DNA of 64,000 nucleotides from the human T2T-CHM13v2.0 reference genome, Homo sapiens (GCF_009914755.1 NC_060931.1); one strand, 5' to 3'. Numbered from the stretch's first letter, positions 1 through 17,345 are shown. Translations and numbers: made by a program. The notes: generated by a model not told the origin, from the letters alone.

Positions 1-334
1 CTCAGATCAGCAAGGCAGAGAAACTCCAGATGGCAAATTATCCCAACTCTTCTAACTCGTAAAAGCATTAATAAAATGCCTGTGTAAGAAAGAAACCTGA
101 AGTTACAACCAAGACAGAACTTTCTCGAGTGGACTGTCTTGATAGGGAATAAACCTCTGTTTCCTCTTTTCTTTCCTTGAGGGCTTAGAACAAGTTAATT
201 CATGGCTTTGGAGTAGCAGGTGGCCTGATACAGCAATACTTGGTATTACAACTGCCTTTCTGTTTTAAGAAATCTCTGGGGAGAAGCCTAAATTGGTGCA
301 ATAAAATATCCACCCAGTACTAGAACTTGCTCCC

Positions 335-632
335 TTTTTTTTTTCTTTTTGAGACGGAGTCTCGCACTGTCACCCAGGCTGAAGTGCAATAGGATAGTCT
401 CAGCTCACTGCAACCTTCGCCTCCCACGTTGAAGTGATTCTCCTGCCTCAGTCTCCCAAGTAGCTGGGATTACAGGCTCCCACCACTGCGCCAGGCTAAT
501 TTTTGTATTTTTAGTAGAGACGGGGTTTCGCCATGTTGGCCAGGCTGGTCTTAAACTCCTGACCTCAGGTGATCCACCCACCTCGGCTTCCCAAAGTGCT
601 GGGATTACAGGCGTGAGCCACCGCACCTGGCC
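335..632 (-). mobile_element. Alu (S-type), full length
   Basis: poly-T then gagacggagtctcgc...gtgagccaccgcacctggcc (reverse Alu). Confidence 0.95.
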
Positions 633-633
633 C

Positions 634-932
634 TTATTTATTATTTTTGAGACAGGGTCTGGCTCTGTCACCCAGGCTGGAGTGCAGTGACGAGATCTCA
701 GCTCACTGCAGCCTTTGCCTCCCAGGCTCAAGTGATCCTTCCACCTGAGCCCATTAAGTAGCTGGGACTACAGGTGCACGCCACCACACCTGGCTAATTT
801 TTTTGTATTTTTGGTAGAGACAGGGTTTCACCATGTTGCCCAGGCTGGTCTCAGATTCCTGAGCTCAAGCAATCTGCCAGCCTCAGCCTCCCAAAGTGCT
901 GGGATTATAGGCATGAGCCACCGCACCTGGCC
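634..932 (-). mobile_element. Alu (J-type), full length
   Basis: gagacagggtctggctctgtcacccaggctgg...gagccaccgcacctggcc. Confidence 0.93.
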
Positions 933-1349
933 GTACTGAGTTTTCTTAACAGCTTCTGTCTCCTAATATTGATTCATTGGTATTTTCTTCTAGAAAAAAA
1001 AATTTAATAAGGTCTCATTATTTTTAATTTTCACAAGGTTGCCACAATCTTTTTGAAACTTTCATTTTATGTTAAATAATCTGAAATCACTGACACCTTC
1101 AGCTGATTCTTCTGAATTAACATTATTTTTAACAAGAAAATGCTGTCTTTATGGAAGTAAGAAGCCTGGTTAAGTGCAAAGCAAATTCTGCTAAAGAGAG
1201 GATATTCTCACTTCTGTTTCTATACCAAAATTATACATATTTTAGACTAAGTATTTTCATAGGTATTATCTTTTTGCCTAAATTGGCGGGATTTTTTCCC
1301 CACTTTTGCCCCTCTGATCCATTCACCAGGACATACTTCATCATGGGTC

Positions 1350-1899
1350 ATATTTTTTTCTCCAATGCAAATCTCACCATGTCACTTCCCAACTAAAACA
1401 GTTTTCAGCGTTTCCCATTGCTCTTAGATATGATATCCCATAAGCTTTAATATGGAGGCTTCCAAAGCCCTGCATGACTTGCTCCCTTCCCACCTCTCAG
1501 GCCACCCTGGCCTTCTCTCAAATCCCCAAAAGCACCAGCTTCTCTCTCACCTGCCCCAGGGCCTTTGCAAGGTCTGTTCCCTTTGCTGGGATGCTCTTCT
1601 TTTCAGCCATGGTTATCTTTCACATCTGAAAGACCTTCGTATGCCCCCCATCTAAGTTACACCATGCTACTCTCCCTCTCTTCCTCTCAAAAGTACTCTG
1701 TACTCTTCCTGCAAAGTGCTCATCCAAATCTGTATTTGTGTGTTTTTAGAAAGCCTATCTCCACCGGACTGTGACAACTTCATGAGGGTGTAGAGCTCAT
1801 GCCTGTTTGATTAGTCCCTTAACCACCACTGTTCCCAGCACCTGAGCTTCGTCCTTGGCACCTTGTGAACCTACAATAAATATTTGTTAAATGAATGAA
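1350..1899 (+). mobile_element. L2 LINE 3' end
   Basis: agggcctttgca...gggatgctctt motif, ending caataaatatttgttaaatgaatgaat. Confidence 0.8.
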
Positions 1900-2043
1900 T
1901 AAAAGACTGAGAAGCGGGGGCAGGTGGCAAGGACAATCTAGTTATTTTGGTCCATTGTTATCTATGGTCCTAAATCCAACTACATCATCAGCTTTTCCCT
2001 CTATACAGGATGATTCCAATCACCATAGAAGGTCTGTGGATTT

Positions 2044-2110
2044 AGGAAGGGAGGGAGGAGGGAGGGAGGAGGGAGGAGGGAGGAGGGAGGGAGGGAGGGA
2101 GGGAGGGAGG
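2044..2110 (+). repeat. (GGGA/GGA)n purine tract
   Basis: Directly visible. Confidence 0.95.
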
Positions 2111-2408
2111 CCTTCTTGCCTACTGGCCTTTCCTCTTGACCCCAGGGTCCCACGAATTAACTCCCCATTTCTCTAATCCAGTTTTATAAGAATACTCAAA
2201 AGAGCTGACTCCATCCACTGTCTCCAATTCTTTCTTCCCATTCCCATCAGGCTTTGTCCCCACTGCTCCCCTAAAACTGCTATTGTTAAAGCCAGCAATG
2301 TCTTCAACTGTGAAATACCCAAAAGCCAGGTACAGGAAGAGGTGCTTTAAAGGAATTATCTCATCCATTTACTTATTTCTTTTTAAAATTTTTTAAAATT
2401 GAATTTTA

Positions 2409-2513
2409 AAAAGATGGAATGCTTCACAAATATGCATGTCATCCTTGTCCAGGGGCCACACTACTCCTCTCTGTATCGTTTCAATTTTAGCATATGTGCT
2501 GCCAAAGTGAGCA
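2409..2513 (-). pseudogene. U6 snRNA retropseudogene (RNU6-type), near full length
   Basis: Reverse complement matches U6 along its length (TGCTCACTTTGGCAGCACATATGCTAAAATTGAAACGATACAGAGAG...CCATCTTTT) with CpG-type substitutions, followed by an A-rich tail. Confidence 0.95.
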
Positions 2514-2514
2514 T

Positions 2515-2741
2515 TATTTGTTTATTTTTAGACAGGGTCTCACTCTGCCATCCAGGCTGGAGCGTAGTGGGGCAATCTAACTCACTGCAGCCTCAAACTC
2601 CTGGGCTCAAGTGATCCTCCCACCTCAGCCTCCTGAGTTGCTGAGACCACAAGCACATGGCACAACATCCAGCTTTTTTTTTTTTTCTTTGCTTTTTTTT
2701 TTTTTTTTTTAAGAGATGGCATCTTTCTTGCCTAGGCTGGT
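2515..2741 (-). mobile_element. Alu (J-type), 5'-truncated
   Basis: agacagggtctcactctg...gcctaggctgg. Confidence 0.88.
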
Positions 2742-2762
2742 CATCCACTTAAACAGTTCATA

Positions 2763-3066
2763 GGCTGGCCATGGTGGCTCACACCTGTAATGCCAACACT
2801 TTGAGAGGTCAAGGCAGGAGGATTGCTTGAGTCCAAGAGTTTGATACTAACCTGGGTAACATAGCAAGACTCCTTCTCTACAAAGAATAAAAAATTAGCT
2901 GGGTGTGGTGGTGCATGCCTATGGTCCTAGCTACTTAGGAGGCTGAGACGGAAGGATTGCTTGAGTCCAAGAGGTCAAGGTTGCAGTGAGCTGTGATCAT
3001 GCCAATGCCCTCCAGCTTGGGTGACAGAGCTACACCCTGTCTCAAAAAAAATTTTTTTTAAATAAA
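2763..3066 (+). mobile_element. Alu (J-type) with 12-bp TSD taaacagttcat
   Basis: TSD at 2750-2761 and 3067-3078. Confidence 0.93.
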
Positions 3067-4326
3067 TAAACAGTTCATCACCACCACCTGATGAGGTAAG
3101 TACCATTGTTATCCCCAGAGACAGGTTAACTGAATTCATTCAAGACTACTTGGGCAAAAAAGCAGCAGAAACCATTTTCACTCAATCTAATGTTCACTGT
3201 TCAGTCTTCCTCTTACTGGACCTGCCAGCGGCACAGGCAGAGCTGATCACTCTCCTCTTTAAGCACTTTCTTTGCTGGGTTGCCAGGACACCACAACCTA
3301 CTGACTCTCCTCCTCCTTCACTGGCCATTCCTTAAACTTCTTCTCATTATCCACCTTTTAATGCCAGAGCGACCCAGGACTCTCAATTCTCAAACTTTCC
3401 TGTCTATACGCTCTCCTCCTGGTCATCTCAATGGGTCTCAGCACCTTAAATAAGAGCCTGAACCTCTTCCCTGAACTCAAGGCTCATATTTTCAGCCACC
3501 TCCTTGACATCTCCGCTTGGATGTCTAATAGACATTCCCCTTTTAACATCATGCCATGCCAAACTCCTGATGTTCCCCTAGTGCTCCACGCCTGAAGCTC
3601 CTACAGGCTTGCTCATCTCAGGAAACAGTAACTCCATCCTCCAAGATGGAGTTTTCTCTTTCCCTCATATCCTCTGCCCAATTCATGAGCAAACCCTGTT
3701 GGCTCAATCTTAAAACTACATCTGAATTCTAACTACTTCTCCCTGCTCCCACCACTGCCATCTGAGCCTACCTCATCTCCATCTGGATGACTACAATAGC
3801 CTGGGAGCTGATGCTTCCCTTGCCTTACTTGCCTGCTGGGAACAGAAAATGCATTAATATGACCACACTGAAGTCTTTCCGTTGAGATTGTCATAGTAAA
3901 GATGAATTGTTTGTTATATTTGTCTCTCAAATATTTCAGGAAAAAGTTGTTTCTTCCATGTTACGTTAGTTCTGAATATTTAAATTGCTTTCTATTATGA
4001 AAACCTGTATTAACAAATGCAAGGTCCTTGAAAAAGTATTCTATTGTTGCCCTTGACTCTGAAATGAATTAGAGTTCTGTGTGGGCAAAAATATTAGCCC
4101 AGCTCTTAAAGGTCCATGGAAAATGTTGTTTGCTTTCTTCAAAGCTTAAAAGCTTCCTGTTAATCATCAAAATAAGATATCTCCACTGCAGGCATTTGTT
4201 ACTTGAAGACGAACAGAACAGAATCAGCACCTATATAAAAACCACACTGACAATATCTAATATTTTAGAAAAAATGAAATCTGATGGTCCTGTTAACAAT
4301 CATGGTATTTTCTAAACCCCTGCCTC

Positions 4327-4631
4327 CTTTTTTGTTATTTTTTGTTTAGTCAGGGTCTCGCTCTGTCACCCGACTGGAGTGCAGTGGTACCCGCATAGCT
4401 CACTGCAGCCTTCAACTCCGGCCTCTGCCTCCTGACCCTACTGCCTCAGCCTCCTGAGTAGCTAGGACTACAGGCACACACCATCACATCCATTTTTTAT
4501 TTTATTTTTTTCTTAGAAAAGGGGTCTTGCTTTGTTGCCCAGGCTGGTCTTGAACTTCCAGCCTCAAACCATCCTCCAGCCTCAGCCTCCCAAAGTAATG
4601 GGACCAAAGGTATGAGCCACTGCACCAGGCC
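4327..4631 (-). mobile_element. Alu (J-type)
   Basis: Diverged reverse Alu dimer. Confidence 0.88.
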
Positions 4632-5188
4632 TCAACTCCTTTCTTTACTACAGTCCCCAAAAACCAGAGGCCCTGGATTCAGTGCCTCTAAAACTCCTTT
4701 CTGCTAGTTTGGCTCCAGTGCTCAGCACATGCACTTCCCAAGTCGTTGTTTTCTTTGATCTCCTTAGACTCTCTGCCTCCTAGAGAATCTAATCCACATG
4801 AACTGCGCTCCTGGATCTTTTACGTAACTGTGGTTTTTCACAAGGTTCTTTAAACAAAGGTCCACGTGATAGATTTCTGCTCAAGCTTAGTTCCAGGAAA
4901 CGTTTGGTTTCTGCAGATGTTTACATGCTTCCGGCTGTCAGCACATGAAAACAATATAATTCTGTTTCTTTTCCTCACTTTAGCAACTGGAGAGCATAAA
5001 ATCAAATATATTGTTCAAATCTGTTCAACACTGGTATATGGAAATACTTAATCCTTAAACTTTTTTTTAGGTGAGGTTGGTTTTATTTTTTATTATTTTG
5101 CCTTTTGGCCTAAATGTGGTAAGTGGTTTCAGAAACATGAAAAGCTATAAAATGTAAAATATACAAGACAAGAACAAAATAGAAAAAA

Positions 5189-5451
5189 GGCTGGGTACAC
5201 TGGCTCAGTGCTTGTAATCCCAGCACTTTGAGAGGCTGAGGCAGGAGGACTGCTTGAGCCCAGGAGTTCAAGACCAGCCTGGGCAACAGAGTGAGACCCT
5301 GTTTCTTTAAAAAAAAAAAAAAAAAAATTAGCTAGGTGTGGTAATGTGTGCCTATAGTCCTAGCTAACCGGGAGGCTGAGGCTGGAGGTACTGTGAGCTG
5401 TGATTACATCACTACCCTCCCACAGTTACAGTTAGAGTGAGACTCCATCTT
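5189..5451 (+). mobile_element. Alu (J-type), internally deleted
   Basis: ggctgggtacactggctca...gagactccatct. Confidence 0.88.
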
Positions 5452-5603
5452 TAACTATGAAAGAAAAAAATGGAAAAAAAGAAGAAAGCACAGTGGTGAT
5501 TTTCCAATGAGAAGGCATGAATACCCAGAATCAGACTGTCATCCCAAAAAAAAAAAAACAAAACTCTCTTCATAAGCAAAGTTAAAAAGAGTCCTCCACA
5601 CTC

Positions 5604-5910
<307 letters not shown>

Positions 5911-6119
5911 TCCACCCTCTTTATTTAAACCCTGTTCACTAGTTTGAGTAAAATAATCAGATATGTTTTCAGTTCAATTTCCCTAGCAACACTTAAAAGT
6001 TTGAAATTTTTTACAATCAACTTCAGTAAGGCTTCTTTAAACATTATTTTGAAAATTAAAAACATTTTAGAAAAGCAAGCTAAACTGGTTGTATGACAGG
6101 TATACATTCTAAGTCATTT

Positions 6120-7727
6120 TGAGAGGTGACACCGTGCTGGCAGCCCTCGCTTGCTCTTGGCGCCCACTCTGGCCACACTTGCGGAGCCCTTCAGCCCACC
6201 GCTGCACTGTGGGAGCCCCTCTCTGGGTTGGCCGAGGCCGGAGCTGGCTCCCTCTGCTTGCGGGGAGGTGTGGAGGGAGAGTCACGGGCAGGAACCAGGG
6301 CTGTGCGCGGTGCTCGTGGGCCAGCACGAGTTCCGGGTGGGCGTGGGCTCGGTGGGCCCCGCACTCGGAGCAGCTGTCCGGCGCCGCCAGCCCCAGGCAG
6401 TGAGGGGCTTAGCACCCAGGCCAGCAGCCGTGGAGGGTGTGCCGGGTCCCCCAGCAGTGCTGGCCTGCCAGCGCTGCATTCAAATTCTCACCGGGCCTCA
6501 GCTGCCTCCCCGCGGGGCAGGGCTCAGGACCTGCAGCCCACCATGCCCGAGCCTCCCCACCACCGTGGGCTCCTGCGCGGCCCAAGCCTCCCCAATGAGC
6601 GCTGCCCCCTGCTCCGCGGCGCCCGGTCCCATCGACCACCCAAGGGCTGAGAAGTGCGGGCGCACAGCACGGGACTAGAGGGCAGCTCCGCCTGCGTCCC
6701 CAGTGTGGGATCCACTAAGTGAAGCCAGCTGGGCTCCTGAGTCTAGTGGGGACTTGGAGAACCTTTATGTCTAGCTAATGGATTGTAAATACACCAATCA
6801 GCACTCGATATCTAGCTAATCTAGTGGGGACTTGGAGAACCTTTATGTCTAGCTAAAGGATTATAAATACACCAATCAGCACGCTGTGTCTAGCTCAAGG
6901 TTTGTAAATGCACCCATCAGTGCTCTGTGTCTAGCTAATCTAGTGGGGACTTGGAGAACCTTTACGTCTAGCCAGGGGATTGTAAATACACCAATCAGCA
7001 CTCTGTCTAGCTCAAAGTTTGTAAATGCACCAATCAGCACCCTGTGTCTAGCTCAAGGTTTGTAAATGCACCAATCAGTGCTCTGTGTCTAGCTAATCTA
7101 ACGGGGACTCGGAGAACTTTTGTGTCTAGTTCAGGGATTGTAAATGCACCAATCAGCACCCTGTCAAAACAGACCAATCAGCTTTCTGTAAAACAGACCA
7201 ATCAGCTCTCCGTAAAATGGACCAATCAGCAGGATGTGGGTGGGACCAGATAAGGGAATAAAAGCAGGCTGCCCAAGCCAGCAGTGGCAATCTGCTCCAG
7301 TCCCCTTCCACACTGGAAGCTTTGTTGTTTCACTCTTTGCAATAAATCTTGCTGCTGCTCACTCTTTGGGTTTGCACTGCCTTTAAGAGCTCTAACACTC
7401 ACTGCAAAGCTGTAACACTGCAGCTTCACTCCTGAGGCTGGCGAGACCACAAACCCACCAGGAGAAATGAACTCCAGACGGGAAGAATGAACAACTCCAG
7501 ATGCACCACCTTAAGAGCTGTAACACGCACCGCCAAGGTTTGCAGATTCACTCCTGAAGCCAGCGAGACCACGAACCCACCAGAAGGAAGAAACTCTGAA
7601 CACGTCCGAACATCAGAAGGAACAAACTCTGGATACACCATCTTTAAGAACTGTAACACTCACCACGAGGGTCCACGACTTCATTCTTGAAGTCAGTGAG
7701 ACCAAGAACCCACCAATTCTGGACACA
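6120..7727 (+). mobile_element. LTR12 (LTR12C-like) solo LTR of ERV9, complete
   Basis: Starts TGAGAGGTGAC, ends GGACACA; 4-bp TSD ATTT (6116-6119, 7728-7731); GC-rich U3, tandem CACCAATCAGCA repeats, AATAAA at 7341. Confidence 0.95.
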
Positions 7728-8326
7728 ATTTCATTTGGTGAGCAGTCCAGATTACATGTGTGTACACTGTAATGATCAGCTAAGGACTGACTGCTTTTAG
7801 CTCCTTCACCCGTTCTCACCTCTGAGGTTCGGTAATAAATGGCTCCTACCAACTAACTGAAGTATCAATCAAAATCTTAAAGGTATTCATTCATTATACT
7901 GTATTTACACCCCCCTTAAAATGCAAAATTTATAGTTTTATTAATACAAACATCCAGACAAGAAAATAAGCAGACTAGCAAGATAAAACCAGAGCCTTCA
8001 AAAATTACACAAAGCATACAAATATGTAGGCCAAATGGTTAAAGTGAGCCATAAACTTGGCCCTACACTCTAGTGACAAAGCAAAAAGGGAAAAATGATC
8101 AGTTACAAACTGGACATGATCAGAGGGTAAATTTCAGGGAAAATAAATTTCTCCTGGTACTCAAATCTAAGAAATATTTCTATAGTGGATCATTCTATAC
8201 ATAATACACTGGGGTCTTCAATAATGTCCCTGAAAGATATGCTGATTCTTATTGCATATAGCATATATAGTAAAAACATAATGCTCTCTGATAAGGTGGA
8301 TAAATTTTAAAAATAAAGCCTAGAAA

Positions 8327-8520
8327 GTCTGTTCAACAGAACTTTCTGTAATGATGAAGATGCTCCATATCTACACTGTCAAAGACAGTAGCCATTAGCC
8401 ACATATGGCTAGTAAGCACTTGAATTATGGCTGGTATGACTAAGAAACTGAATTTTAATTGTATTTCACTTTAATAGCCATATTACAGCAGCAAATATCT
8501 ACCCACTGGACAGTACAGGT
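8327..8520 (+). mobile_element. MER3-like hAT-Charlie MITE
   Basis: aactttctgtaatgatgaa...tagccattagccacatatggctag...ggacagtacag. Confidence 0.8.
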
Positions 8521-9014
8521 CTAAAACATTAGTTATCAAACTTTTTTTTTTAGCAGTGGGACCATTTTGGGGTTGGCAAACATATATAGAATCTAACACA
8601 TTAAAAAAGATAGTATAGTATATATACTTGTAAGTTCAATCTAAAATATTTATAGTCAATGAAAATATGAGTATTCCAATAAATATTAGAAATCGAGGAT
8701 TTTAAGTGAGAGTTATGAAGTTAGATCAACCCCAGGAAACACTTTTATTTCTGTATTTTGTTTGGATGCACTGCAGTGCCCACGTGGGACTTCTAATTAC
8801 ACATTCTGAGCTACTCAGTTACCAAGGCCACAATCAGCGGCCATCTATCTACTCAGGAAGCATAGAAGAAAACACAGCATGCCAACAGGGCGGTTTCAGG
8901 TGTTTCTCTTCATGGAAGGAGCCCCCACAGGAGCCCACACGGCCATCCAGGAGCTATTCTCTCTGGCATCCAGCTGACAGCTCAGGGGCAAGGAAATGAA
9001 AATCACAAGGGTGG

Positions 9015-9392
<378 letters not shown>

Positions 9393-9620
9393 CTAGTCAC
9401 GGCGTCCAAGGTTCCCACAAAGGACATACCCATTTCTAAAAAGTCAGTACTTCTGGGGAAGCTACAGCTTCTAATCAGGAATTTAGAGTTCACTTACAGT
9501 TCCTCCCAGTCCAGATATGTTTACCAAACAGAGGTCACTTTCACCACAACAATGTTGCCTGGTAACATGGTGAACATTTCCCTTTTACCAGGGGTTCAGG
9601 AGAACTGAGTAGAGAGTTAA

Positions 9621-9960
<340 letters not shown>

Positions 9961-10019
9961 GCTTTTGTTAATTCTTTAGCAACCTTCATGATTTAAAAAA
10001 AAAAAAAAAAAAAAGAATC

Positions 10020-13320
<3,301 letters not shown>

Positions 13321-13458
13321 TTTAGAACTTAATACCAAGAATATTTTTTTCCTCCTAAGAAATGAGTATGTTTCACCTTCTCTATTAACAAGTTTCCATG
13401 TACCCGCACTGAAGGAGGGATGAGCCAGGGACAGACATTATAGCAAAATTGAGAGACA

Positions 13459-13463
<5 letters not shown>

Positions 13464-13505
<42 letters not shown>
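13464..13505 (+). repeat. (TG)21 microsatellite
   Basis: Directly visible. Confidence 0.97.
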
Positions 13506-13507
<2 letters not shown>

Positions 13508-14719
13508 CTCTTTTCAGAAGAGGTCTCATAGATTACAACACAGGGATGTGGCTTAAATAAAAATGTTAAAAATTATTAACATAATTGATGCTATTTGTCA
13601 TTTTGCACTAGGCATCAATAAAAACATGAAGCAAATCTGAATTAAAATCAACACATGTGCAACCTTTTTTCTCAGTTCTGATTTTCTGTTTATATGCTAT
13701 TTCATTTTATGTATTTGTGTGGTAAAGTTGCCTCAAACCCTCTGTGGAAAAAAAGGCAAGCTATTAATTAAAAAAAAGAAACAGCCTTTAATAAATATTC
13801 TACCAAATCCGTACAAGGAAACACAAAACAGAAGACTCAGGTGGAATGAATGTGAACATTGAGATAGCAGCCTTGGGACCAGGTGTCAACACAAATGGTT
13901 CCATTCCTAACTTTCATAAGAAAGGCTCAAACATAGTGTGGGCTATATCCAAGTTCTCATCCTTTTGGCCACAAAAACAAACCTAAAAACCCTAAGGAAT
14001 ATGACAGTAATAGGAGATGTCGGAACTGGCAGGTGAGAAGTATCCTATTGATTTAAAATGCCCCCCAGATGATTCTCATACGCTTCTCCCCACCCACCAC
14101 AAAAGCCCACAATCCCTGACCCAGTTGACACCACTAAATTAGATTTAAATTAGATTTATTCTTTAAATTTGTTAAATATTCAACAAATAGTTTATTGAGC
14201 ACCTACTCTGTCAGTGTGAGGAAGTGAGTGTCTTTATACTTCTGCACAATTAGAACTGGGAAAATTTTACTAGGACTTGTGTTAAAGGACAACCTTAAAA
14301 CTTAAAAGATGACTGAACAGATAGTGAGGGACTTACCTCCCCTGAGCTATGTGTTTACATTTCAGAAGGATGATGAAACCAGGACTGTGGAAATCTTCCA
14401 GGGGTTATAAACTCAAGTCTGTTGTCCTAGGTTATTGCTATAATAATCATAATTTGTCCCTGCCCCAGAAATTCTGCATCTACTTTCAGGATAACATGAA
14501 TAAATATAGGTGTTCAAAACTTATCAGTCCCCAGGTACTATGCTGGTTTGTAGGCACATCTCATAACAGTGATCAAGGTGAAGTTCCTGCTCTCATATAG
14601 AGTTTACAGTCAATTGTGGTCCTGAGAAGCAAATAATCTATTACTACGTGGTGTGGTAAACGCATGGCAGGAGATGTTGTCAGAGATCAGGGAAATCTAA
14701 ACTGAGAGCTGATGGTGAA

Positions 14720-15190
14720 GAGTTAGCCAGACACCTTTGTCTGAAAATAAGAGAAAATCCCAAGCCGACAAAGCCTCACTATCTTCACATAACAAGAAAT
14801 CCCAACAAAGGATGGCTCAGCAATGCAGTAAGGCCCCCGCCCCAGCTGTCTTTCTGCCCCCCTCCATGTGGCGATGATGCTTGGGCTAGCTCCCTTCATG
14901 GCTGCAAGACAGCTGGAGCTTGGCCCACAGTGGGCAGAACTTCTCATCCAACTCTTTTTCACCAGGATGGCAAACCTTTCTGGAAGCCTCCACCAGGCTT
15001 CTCTTTATGTCTCAAGGGACAGAACTGGGTCACATGTTCATGCTCAAACCTATCAACTGGCAAGAACAGAACCTTCCTGACAGCCGTGGGCTGTGACTGG
15101 GGCCTGAGCCTAGCTTCCCCAGAGCATATGGGTATACAGAGAAGAGTGGATTCTTAAGCAAAGTGGAGGTTCTGCTAGAAAAGAAGAGGG
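14720..15190 (-). mobile_element. MLT1-type (ERVL-MaLR) LTR remnant
   Basis: ttcatggctgcaagacagctg and agaactgggtcacatg motifs typical of old MLT1. Confidence 0.6.
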
Positions 15191-16510
15191 CACTGGAAGG
15201 TTACAGGGAAAGCGACCCATGGGATGTGCTGTAGTCATTAAAGTAATATTTCCTTTGTTTAGAAGGAATTTACACTATTTGGCATTAACAGGAAATGTAA
15301 AGAAATAAAAGACCACCTTGTACTTAAGCAACAGCACACACATAGAATTTTAATAGAGAAAAACTAGAAATAAATGAAATTAATATGGTGTAAATTAAAT
15401 AACACAAAGCTGAAAGATCATAGAGTAATAGAGGTAGATCAGGTTTTTAATAACCAGAGGCAGTTCTGAAAGAAGAGAATTATAAAATGACAGACGCTGC
15501 TTTATGTTTAAAGGCACAAAGGTAAAAATTTAGGGGAGACAAGGTAAGTTTACTCAGCCGTAACAGAGACTGCAGAACACTGAGAAAATGCACATGCAAA
15601 TATAAAGCTCTTGGGGGCATACCCGAGTGTCTGTCTTGAGAGCCAAGGTTTAGCCCAGGTAAAGGCACCCGATATGTATGTCTAGAGTGAATGAATGAAT
15701 GGAGAGGCTTGGACTTGAAATACTATTTGACAGGAGACTACTAAAGGTTGCTTATCATAGGACACGTGTGACGAAACCATTTCTGATGAAAACTCTTGCT
15801 TTCAATACATAGAATGAAGTGGAGGAGTACAAGATATAAAGCGTCATTAGAAGGCTATGAAAGTCATCTGGACATAAAGTAATCAGGGCCTGGACTGGGG
15901 ACTCAAGAACTAAAAATCAGAAGTGCAATGGAAAAAAGTGGTGGTTATACATCAGTATACCTACTCTGCTTGTTTTATTTACTAAGAATGTCACAAGCAT
16001 ATAAGAAAGTGGTGTTGCACATTTTAGATTCATTTGTTACTGCATTATGAAAAACAGGATGGCATTTTTAATCTAGTTTATCTGATCCTGAATTTTAAGA
16101 AGGGTTTACAGCATTTCAACTAGACTACTTACCCTTGGTTTCTTTTCCAATTCCAATAGGAAATCTGCAGGACTCAATCTGATTCCACCAGAATCATGAT
16201 CTCTGTGGCCTCCTACTGCTAGCTATCTAGAATGGCAGCTTTTGTGTATTTAATACTTAAAACAGTTCTGTAGCAAATTGTTCTATTAATGAAAATAGTA
16301 GAGACTCCTTCTGCCCTCTAGTTTTTCTCCCATGTATGTAATAATGATGACCCCAAAAGTAACATCTTAGACATGATTCACAACCAGACCAAATCTATGA
16401 TTGAGGTAAACAAAATATATACAAAGCTAAGAGTCATTAATTAGATCATTCATGTCTCCAACATCATTTCCTGTAACAATCAATGAGAAGCAATTCACAG
16501 ATTCCTTCTC

Positions 16511-16660
16511 AGCTGGGTGCAGTGGCTCATGCCTATAATCGCAGCACTTTGGGAGGCTGAAGTGAGAGGATCGCTTGGGGCTAGGAGTTCGAGACCAGCG
16601 TGGGGAACATAGCAAGACCCTCCTCCCAACCCCCCCCCCCCACCCATCTCCATTATTTTT
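16511..16660 (+). mobile_element. Alu left monomer/FLAM with poly-C insertion
   Basis: agctgggtgcagtggctca...gcaagaccc then a C run. Confidence 0.85.
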
Positions 16661-17345
16661 AAAAAGGTATTTTTAAAAAAAGAAAGAAAGAAAAACAATT
16701 CTTTCTGTTTTAACTATTGTTTGCACATATCTTATATACCATGTGGTCTTCATTTCACCTCTGGCACCTTTACTTACCTACTCTGCTTCTTCATGACTGG
16801 TCACGGTAAAAGCTAATTAGTGCTTCTGCCTGTCAGAAGACTCATTCTTGACAGTTCTTGCTGACAAGCAGTCTTAGTCACAAACAAATAGGGCTTCACG
16901 TTCAGCCAGACTCTAAGTCTCACCGTCCCTCTGGGAGGCAGCAGAGAGTTCCAGCTAACTCGAGAAAAGACAACACAGCCAGAGAGGATGGCTGCCTGCA
17001 GGCTGACAACGCTGTTTCAGAGCACCCTAACACTTTCGACACAAGTAGATTACACCGGGGGAAGAGTTTAGGGATGAACACGGGAAAAGTACATAAAATC
17101 TAAGCAAACAAACAAAGCCCTCCTCCAAAAAAAAAAAAAAAAAAAAGAAAAGAAAAGAATTATTAACACCAGGGAAAACAAAAAGTTGTGCTGGAAAGAA
17201 AAGGCAACCATAGATTATATAACTCAGCTGGGAATAATGTTTTCAAAGTCCTAACAATGTAAATGCTGAATTATTCAAAATGTAATTATAATGAAAAGAA
17301 AAGGGCTATGCACATGGGGTGGGGGTGCATAAGATAAATTCTCCT

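Larger units (their letters stand above)
2140..3860 (+). mobile_element. L2 fragments interrupted by MIR, Alus and U6
   Basis: ccctgaactc...ttggatgtctaatagacat and ctggatgactacaatagcc L2-like motifs; boundaries approximate. Confidence 0.65.

Noticed and set aside
405-731. 108-aa ORF and the many similar ORFs (for example 12776-13090, 49238-49657)
   Set aside because: Translations of Alu sequence ([18 protein letters not shown] motifs), not genes
6119-6715. Overlapping 174-175-aa ORFs
   Set aside because: Chance frames in the GC-rich U3 of LTR12
6730-7230. Regularly spaced repeats resembling a CRISPR-like array
   Set aside because: Internal tandem enhancer repeats of LTR12; no unique spacers; eukaryotic context
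7732-7860. Segment after LTR12 with AATAAA, possible terminal exon or ERV internal sequence
   Set aside because: The TSD closes the LTR at 7731 and I see no primer-binding site; a lone AATAAA is not enough evidence
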